In this document: positions 43,953-49,690 of the stretch, in pieces | Numbering within the stretch: the stretch's first letter is position 1 | How the letters are laid out: every line of letters begins with the position of its first letter | Virus record (IMG/VR): IMGVR_UViG_3300028585_000030 | Location: 1-49,690 of that record | Source of the DNA: a virus | Lineage: Duplodnaviria > Caudoviricetes | Strand: one strand, 5' to 3' | DNA length: 49,690 nucleotides | Position numbers and translations under genes: made by a program | Notes under the pieces: generated by a model | Seen by the model: the letters and a program-made list of their open reading frames with translations, nothing else | Told to the model about the DNA's origin: nothing | Databases searched by the model: none

Positions 43953-44930
43953 ATGCTCGATCCCGTTCCGTGGTTCGTCGGCGGCGGCGCCGTCCACTCC
44001 CCCGAGGTCGCCCGCCTCCTCGCCTACGCGGCGACGGCCGGCGCCGAGGGCATCATCGAGCCGACCGACCTGAAGGTCGCTCCGCTCGCCGTCCCCGGGC
44101 AGAGCATCCGCGTGCTCCCGGGCGCCGGCGTCATCAAGTCGCGCGCGGCGAGCAACGCCCGGCAGAGCTACATCGCGAGCAACCCGACCGAGACCGCGGT
44201 CGGCGTCACGGCCACGGGCTCGGGCGCCGGCCGCTCCGACCTCGTCGTGTTGCAGATCGAGGACCCGAACGTGTCCGGCTCCGGCTGGCCCGTGCCTGCC
44301 GACCGCGCCGCCGGCCCCTACGTGTTCGCTCGGATCATCCCGAACGTCCCCGCGGGCACGACGCGCCTGCAGGACGTGTCCGGCTACGCCGGCCGCAGCG
44401 CGATCACCCTCGCCCGCATCGACCTGCCCGCCTCCACGGCGACGGTCACGGCCGGCATGATCGTCGACCTCCGCAAGATGTGCCAGGCCCGCACAGCGCG
44501 GTTCTACGACGTCGACGCCGGCTCCGGCGGACGCCTCACCACGAACGCACAGGCGCAGTGGCCGACGAACGTCCGTCAGGTCGAAATCCCGGAGTGGGCT
44601 ACTCACTTCATCGGCAAGGTCGGCCTGAACCAGCTACAGCAGACGGGCGGCAACGTCTACGTGAAGGTGGCGGTGGCCCTCGGCCCCGACGGCAGCGCCG
44701 TCAACTCGTCGGACACCTACATCGACAACGACCTCCCGAGCGGCGCGACCGGCCGGGTGAGCGCGACGGTCCTGATCGGCGCCGCGGTCCCCACCGCGTT
44801 CCGCGGCACCCGGCAGCGGTTGCAGATCATCAGCACCCGGCAGAACGTGAGCAGCGACCCCGGCTTCGTCGACGCGGCCGCCGGCTCGCAGATCGAGTGG
44901 GACATCCAGTTCTCCGAGCGGCCCTCGTGA
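43953..44930 (+). CDS. Minor tail protein
   Basis: GGA.HS.E.AR.LAYA, RSDLVV..IEDP, LARID.PAST.T.T..MI.DLR. Confidence 0.75.
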   Translation: MLDPVPWFVGGGAVHSPEVARLLAYAATAGAEGIIEPTDLKVAPLAVPGQSIRVLPGAGVIKSRAASNARQSYIASNPTETAVGVTATGSGAGRSDLVVLQIEDPNVSGSGWPVPADRAAGPYVFARIIPNVPAGTTRLQDVSGYAGRSAITLARIDLPASTATVTAGMIVDLRKMCQARTARFYDVDAGSGGRLTTNAQAQWPTNVRQVEIPEWATHFIGKVGLNQLQQTGGNVYVKVAVALGPDGSAVNSSDTYIDNDLPSGATGRVSATVLIGAAVPTAFRGTRQRLQIISTRQNVSSDPGFVDAAAGSQIEWDIQFSERPS

Positions 44931-46003
44931 GCACGAGGTACATCGCCCAGAGGGTCCTCACGGGCGAGGTCATCGACTGGGCGGTCCCGATCGCGACCGA
45001 CGGCGGCACTCAGGAGCTATCCGCCGTCGGCTCGCTCTCCGGGACCGTCGCCCCGGACACCGGCGCCATGCGCGCCCGGGACGGCCGCCTCGTCCTCGAG
45101 GAGTGGGGCACCTTCCTCTATGAGGAGACCGACGACGAGATCCGTTGGGGCGGCCTCGTCATCAGCTCCGGGTGGAAGGGCCGCGAGTGGTCGGTGGAGT
45201 GCGCCGGCTTCACGACCTACGCGACCGGTACCCCGTTCACCGGCGAGCTCGTGTCGGCGAGCATCGACCCCGTCGACGTCGTCCGCCGCATCTGGGCCGA
45301 CGTGCAGGCGGGACCCGACAGCGACCTCGGGCTCACCGTCGTCGGTCCGACGTCGACGGGCGTCCGCCTCGGGACGGCCGAGGACCCCTACGAGCTCGTC
45401 TGGTACAACACGCCCGACTGCGGGAGGGAGCTAAGCGACCTCGCCAAGGATGCCCCGTTCGACTTCACGGAGCGGCACTACTGGCAGGGCGACACCATCC
45501 GGCACGAGTTCGTCATCGGGTACCCGCGCCTCGGCCGCCGGCGCACCGACCTCACGTTCCTACAGGGCGTCAACATCACGGCGAACATCGAGCCCGGGAT
45601 CGGCGGCGACGACTTCGCGAACGGCGTCATCGGCCTCGGCGCCGGCGAAGGCCGCGGCGCGGTCCGCCGCGAGACCTCGAAGCGGGACGGCCGGCTCCGG
45701 CGCACGAAGGTCCTCGCCGCGAAGGACGTCACGCAGGAGGCGCGGCTGGACGCCATCATCCGCGACGAGCTGCAACGCCGGCAGTCGGGCGCCTCCGTCG
45801 CCTCGATCACCGTCGTCGACCACCCGAACGCCCGGGTGGGCTCGTGGGCGATCGGCGACGACATCCTGGTCACGGGCGAGCTCCCGTGGCTCGGCCGCTA
45901 CGAGGAGTGGCACCGCATCATCGGCTGGGCGCCGTCCAGCCCGACGCGGGGCGTGTTGAAGCTCGCCCTGTCCGACTCATTCACCTACGGAGGCACCGCA
46001 TGA
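44927..46003 (+). CDS. Minor tail / baseplate hub protein
   Basis: RYIAQR.LTGE..DW, GYPRLGRRR.DL.F..G.N, GAGEG. Confidence 0.75.
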   Translation: MSTRYIAQRVLTGEVIDWAVPIATDGGTQELSAVGSLSGTVAPDTGAMRARDGRLVLEEWGTFLYEETDDEIRWGGLVISSGWKGREWSVECAGFTTYATGTPFTGELVSASIDPVDVVRRIWADVQAGPDSDLGLTVVGPTSTGVRLGTAEDPYELVWYNTPDCGRELSDLAKDAPFDFTERHYWQGDTIRHEFVIGYPRLGRRRTDLTFLQGVNITANIEPGIGGDDFANGVIGLGAGEGRGAVRRETSKRDGRLRRTKVLAAKDVTQEARLDAIIRDELQRRQSGASVASITVVDHPNARVGSWAIGDDILVTGELPWLGRYEEWHRIIGWAPSSPTRGVLKLALSDSFTYGGTA

Positions 46004-47901
46004 GCGAACAGTCCGACCTCGCAGCCCTGGTCGTCGAGCTCCTCGGCCGGATCGAGGCGCTCGAACGCGCCGGCCGCTTGCAGCACTCCACCGTCGAGGT
46101 CGACGGGCAGCCGATCGCGCTGCCCGTCGGTCTCGGCGCCGGGGTCGCCGCCGGCGCCGCGATCCCCGGCCTCGAGGAGGGTCTCGCGACCGCTCGCGTC
46201 GAGGTCGAGGCCGCAGGTCAGGCAGCGGACGCCGCGGTGATCGCCGCGGCGAAGGCGAGCGCCGACGTCGCCTCCGCGCAGGAGGACATCGATGCCGCCC
46301 TCGCCGACGTCGACGGCCGGGTCTCGCAGGCGAGCGCGGACGCCTCGGCCGCCTCGCAGCGCGCCGACGCCGCGAAGTCCTCGGCCGACGCCGCCACCTC
46401 GGCCGCCGGCACCGCGGAGCAGGCAGCTCGTGACGCCGCGGGGGTCGCGGCCGAGAAGGGCCTGACCATCTATCAGGTGTCGGCCCCGACCGGCGCGCGC
46501 GCGGTCCCGCAGAACCTGTGGATCGACATCACGAACGGGGCGAACACCCCGAACCGGTACGACACCTCGACGAGCAAGTGGGTGCCGATCACCGACAAGG
46601 CCGCCACCGACGCCGCCGCGGCCGCCGCCGTAGCGAAGTCGGCCGCCGACACGGCGAAGGCCGCAGCGGCCACCGCGCAGTCGAAGGCCGACCAGGCGGC
46701 CGCCGCCGCGTCGACCGCGCAGACGACGGCGAACGGGAAGAACACGATCACCTACCGGGCGTCGCCGCCCACGACGAGCGACGTCGGCGCGACGGTCGGC
46801 GATGTGTGGTTCATCCGCTCGACCGCGACGGGCATCCTGACCGGGCAGTACGAGTGGACGGGCCCGACGAACGGCTGGCAGCAGCGCATGGTGGGCGACC
46901 TGCTCATCGCGAACCTCGACGCCGGCAAGCTGACCGCGGGCTACATCGCCGCGGCACGGATCGCCGCTGACACGATCGTCGCGACGATGCTCGCCGCTGA
47001 TGCTGTCCTCGCGCGGAACATCAAGGCCGGCGAGATTGTGGCCGGCAAGCTGGCCGTCGACTCCGTCGTCGCCGCGAACATCGTCGCCGCCACGATCACA
47101 GGTGACAAGCTCCTGGCGAACACGATCACCGCCCGGGAAATCAAGGCCGGCACGATCACCGCCGACCTCCTCTCGGCCGACGCGATCAACGGCAAGACGA
47201 TCACCGGTGTGACCATCATCGGCGCCACCTTGCAGGCGTCGGGCAGTTCTGACTCCGCGGCCATCAACATCGACAAGTACGGCATCTCCATCTCCCCCAC
47301 ACAGGGGGGGCAGGTCAACGGCCGTCTCTCCGCTCTCTCGACTGCGGTCGGAAGCATCTTCGACATCGAGGGGCCTCCCCCCGTTGTCCCCGAGGCGAAG
47401 CAGGCTCGCCTGCGGATGCACGGCGGCCCCAACTCGTCATTCACGCAGCAGGTCGACATGACCTTCTTCGGTCGTGTCGGGTTCGGCGATTGGATCAGGA
47501 CCACCGACCTCCGCAGCGTGGCAACGGGCACCGAGAATCTCCTGAACTCGATCCAGTCGCAGATGTTCGTGGCGAACCAGGCCGCCCTCCCCGCGTCGAC
47601 AACGGCTAACGGGACCAGGACGGCGAAGAAGGTCCCGGCCGACTCGTCAAGGATCATCCGCAAGCTCCGGTACATCGAGCTCAACCTGAACGGCTCCGGC
47701 CTGCCGAACAACGGGACCCGGCTCTCGTTCGACAGCGCGTTCCCGAACGAGTGCCTGGGCGTGTTCATGACCACCGTGTTCGGCTCGGGTATCGCGCCGG
47801 TCATCAACGGCAGCAACATCGACCGGGCCGGCTTTCAGCCAATCTGGGCCGGGCAGGGCGCCACGACTGTCGGTCTCCTCTACGAGGCGATCGGATGGTA
47901 G
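46000..47901 (+). CDS. Tail fibre / receptor-binding protein
   Basis: GGAGG RBS; Ala-rich coiled coils, I.A..I.A pentapeptide-like repeats, distinct C-terminal tip. Confidence 0.75.
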   Translation: MSEQSDLAALVVELLGRIEALERAGRLQHSTVEVDGQPIALPVGLGAGVAAGAAIPGLEEGLATARVEVEAAGQAADAAVIAAAKASADVASAQEDIDAALADVDGRVSQASADASAASQRADAAKSSADAATSAAGTAEQAARDAAGVAAEKGLTIYQVSAPTGARAVPQNLWIDITNGANTPNRYDTSTSKWVPITDKAATDAAAAAAVAKSAADTAKAAAATAQSKADQAAAAASTAQTTANGKNTITYRASPPTTSDVGATVGDVWFIRSTATGILTGQYEWTGPTNGWQQRMVGDLLIANLDAGKLTAGYIAAARIAADTIVATMLAADAVLARNIKAGEIVAGKLAVDSVVAANIVAATITGDKLLANTITAREIKAGTITADLLSADAINGKTITGVTIIGATLQASGSSDSAAINIDKYGISISPTQGGQVNGRLSALSTAVGSIFDIEGPPPVVPEAKQARLRMHGGPNSSFTQQVDMTFFGRVGFGDWIRTTDLRSVATGTENLLNSIQSQMFVANQAALPASTTANGTRTAKKVPADSSRIIRKLRYIELNLNGSGLPNNGTRLSFDSAFPNECLGVFMTTVFGSGIAPVINGSNIDRAGFQPIWAGQGATTVGLLYEAIGW

Positions 47902-47957
47902 ACCGAACACCAGGGGCGAGCCGACCGGCCCGCCTCCACTCCATCGAAGGGCAGCAC

Positions 47958-48134
47958 ATGAGCGACACCACCGCGCAGCGCGTCGAGCCGGCAGCAGCCG
48001 AGCTCCTCGGCGCCGGCACGACGATCATCACCGAGGGCGACATCGAGGGCACCCCCCTCGAATGGTTCGACCAGGGCGGAGAGCACGACGGCGAGCACGT
48101 CGAGACTCCGACCGTGAAGCGGGGCACCCCGTGA
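47958..48134 (+). CDS. Small acidic hypothetical protein
   Basis: GAAGGG RBS; GTGA overlap with endolysin. Confidence 0.45.
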   Translation: MSDTTAQRVEPAAAELLGAGTTIITEGDIEGTPLEWFDQGGEHDGEHVETPTVKRGTP

Positions 48135-48967
48135 ACGTCGACGCGCTCTCCGTCGTCGCGCGAGCTCGCGCGTACCTCGGCCGGCAGATTTTCCCGCAGG
48201 GCATGTGCCTCAACTTCGTGTGGCGCATGGTCGGCTCGATCAACTCCGTCCCGTCGAAGCAGGGCACCCTCACCACCGCCCTCTCGGCATGGAACTCGTC
48301 GGACTACAAGCACCACGGCGATCGCAACCCGCCGGTGGGCGCGCTCTGCTACTTCGGGAGCTCGCCGACTCGGACCGACCGCAACAAGCACGCCGGCGAC
48401 GTCACCATCTGGGACGGCTCGGCTCTCATCTGCACCGACGCGAGCGGCGCCACCGTCGGTCGCATGAGCATCGCCGCGCGCGAGCGGCAGACACAGCGCC
48501 CGTACCTCGGATGGACCGAGGACCTCGGCGGGCACCGTCTGCAATTCGCCCGCGTCATCACCGCTGGGGCAGTCGCCGCAGCGATCAAGGCAGTACCCAC
48601 CTCGAACGGAGACAACATGATCCAGCTCATGATCGTCGGAGGCCCCGCGAACGGGACCGTCCTCGACCTCGCCCCCGGCTACATGCACCACTCGGGCAAC
48701 ACGGCGGAGGCCGACATCACCCGCAACGTCATCAGCAACCCGGACGAGCGCCACAACGTCGGGTGGGAGGACTTCAAGCGGGTCGCCCTCGGCCACGGCA
48801 TCGATCGACAGTTCACCGACGCCGGTGAAGCTGGCTTCGTCAAGAAGATCGACGGCGCCCCGTGGGGCGGTCTCTGGTCCGAGGAGCGCGCCATCCACCA
48901 GCGCCTGACCGGCATCGAGAACAGCCTCAAGGCCCTCGCCCCCGCCCCGTCCACCCCCGCGAAGTAG
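48131..48967 (+). CDS. Endolysin (CHAP/NlpC-P60-like N-terminal domain)
   Basis: GMCLNFV, A.SAW, PP.GA..YF, YLGWTEDL.G; position before holin. Confidence 0.75.
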   Translation: MNVDALSVVARARAYLGRQIFPQGMCLNFVWRMVGSINSVPSKQGTLTTALSAWNSSDYKHHGDRNPPVGALCYFGSSPTRTDRNKHAGDVTIWDGSALICTDASGATVGRMSIAARERQTQRPYLGWTEDLGGHRLQFARVITAGAVAAAIKAVPTSNGDNMIQLMIVGGPANGTVLDLAPGYMHHSGNTAEADITRNVISNPDERHNVGWEDFKRVALGHGIDRQFTDAGEAGFVKKIDGAPWGGLWSEERAIHQRLTGIENSLKALAPAPSTPAK

Positions 48968-48975
48968 GAGACACC

Positions 48976-49494
48976 GTGAACACCACCGCACAGAAGTACG
49001 CCCCCGCCCTGCTCTCGTTCGTCGTCCTCGTGGTCGGCGGGCTGCAGGCCGCAGTCGCGGCCGGCCCCCTCACGTGGGTCGCCCTCGTCCAGCTCGCCAT
49101 CCTCACCGTCACGACCGGGTCGACCTACCTCGCCCCCCTCGCCGGCGAGAAGTGGCGCGGCGCCATCAAGATCGGCCTCGAGCTGGCAGGCATCGTGCTC
49201 GTGCTCGCGCTGCCCTACGTCGTCGCGGGCGGCATCACGCCGGCCGAGGTCCTCCTGGTCGTCGTAGCCGTCATCAAGGCCGGCGCCGCGCAGCTCGGCG
49301 TGGTCATCCGCACCGACCCGACGATCGCCCCCGCGGTCATGCGCGGCCCGGCCGGCCCCTCGGGCCCGCAGGGCCCCACCGGCGTCATGGGAGCGCCCGG
49401 CCGCGACGCCGACCGCGTGCCCGACGGCCCCGATCACCGCGCCGGCGACGTCGACTACCTCGGCGTCCCGTCCTCGCGCGACCCCGAGCTGTGA
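48976..49494 (+). CDS. Holin-like 4-TM protein with short collagen-like tail
   Basis: AGGAGA RBS; four hydrophobic segments; follows endolysin. Confidence 0.7.
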   Translation: MNTTAQKYAPALLSFVVLVVGGLQAAVAAGPLTWVALVQLAILTVTTGSTYLAPLAGEKWRGAIKIGLELAGIVLVLALPYVVAGGITPAEVLLVVVAVIKAGAAQLGVVIRTDPTIAPAVMRGPAGPSGPQGPTGVMGAPGRDADRVPDGPDHRAGDVDYLGVPSSRDPEL

Positions 49495-49690
49495 GAAGCG
49501 TCCTCGGCGGGGTCCGCCGCGTGGCCCGCGCGTCCATCTGGGCCCGAGGCTCGGTCTCCGCCGAGGACGCCCGGCTCTCGCGCCTGCTCCGCCGCACGCT
49601 GCCCGAGTTCTACATCGCCATGTGGGCCTTCGGCTCGCTCGGCGTGCTCGGCGGCGTCCCGGCCCTCCGGCAGACCTTTGGGCAGGACTA
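49491..49690 (+). CDS. 5' part of the membrane protein that ends at 423 across the junction
   Basis: GTGA overlap with holin stop; open frame runs into the terminal repeat. Confidence 0.7.
   Translation, partial: MRSVLGGVRRVARASIWARGSVSAEDARLSRLLRRTLPEFYIAMWAFGSLGVLGGVPALRQTFGQD
49542..49690 (+). repeat. Terminal direct repeat, right copy
   Basis: Matches 1-149 with 3 mismatches. Confidence 0.95.

Larger units (their letters stand above)
1..49690. mobile_element. Complete tailed (siphovirus-type) actinobacteriophage genome, circularly permuted
   Basis: Full packaging, head, tail, lysis and replication modules; terminal 149-nt overlap closes the circle; no host housekeeping genes. Confidence 0.95.

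Overview
The window is an apparently complete, circularly permuted genome (about 49,541 bp unique) of a very GC-rich siphovirus infecting Actinobacteria. A Microbacteriaceae-like host is inferred from codon style and a LAxTG sortase motif. The last 149 nt repeat the first 149 nt with 3 mismatches. Gene order: end of lysis cassette, collagen-like fibre, glycerophosphodiesterase-domain protein, then a short leftward operon with a sortase-anchored surface protein and a divergent promoter region. A long rightward early/middle region follows (HTH, RuvC, SMC-like ATPase, J-domain protein, YqaJ exonuclease, RecT-like recombinase, DNA methyltransferase, HNH, replication initiator with internal ori-like repeats, ASCH, many small Cys-rich proteins, MmcB-like nuclease, LuxR HTH). 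Packaging, head, tail and lysis genes close the circle. I see no integrase, ParA, tRNA or CRISPR array. The most notable observation is a cluster at about 24.7-26.5 kb of non-structural genes that look like catalytically dead copies of the phage's own late proteins (terminase ATPase subdomain, tape-measure M15 peptidase, possibly portal), a candidate decoy/anti-defence module. Also notable: a phage-encoded LAFTG cell-wall protein, a repeated 5'-leader motif CAACCACGATC, a three-gene tandem Zn-finger array, and nested in-frame starts in the protease and endolysin genes. All product calls come from motif recognition and synteny by eye; no database search was run.
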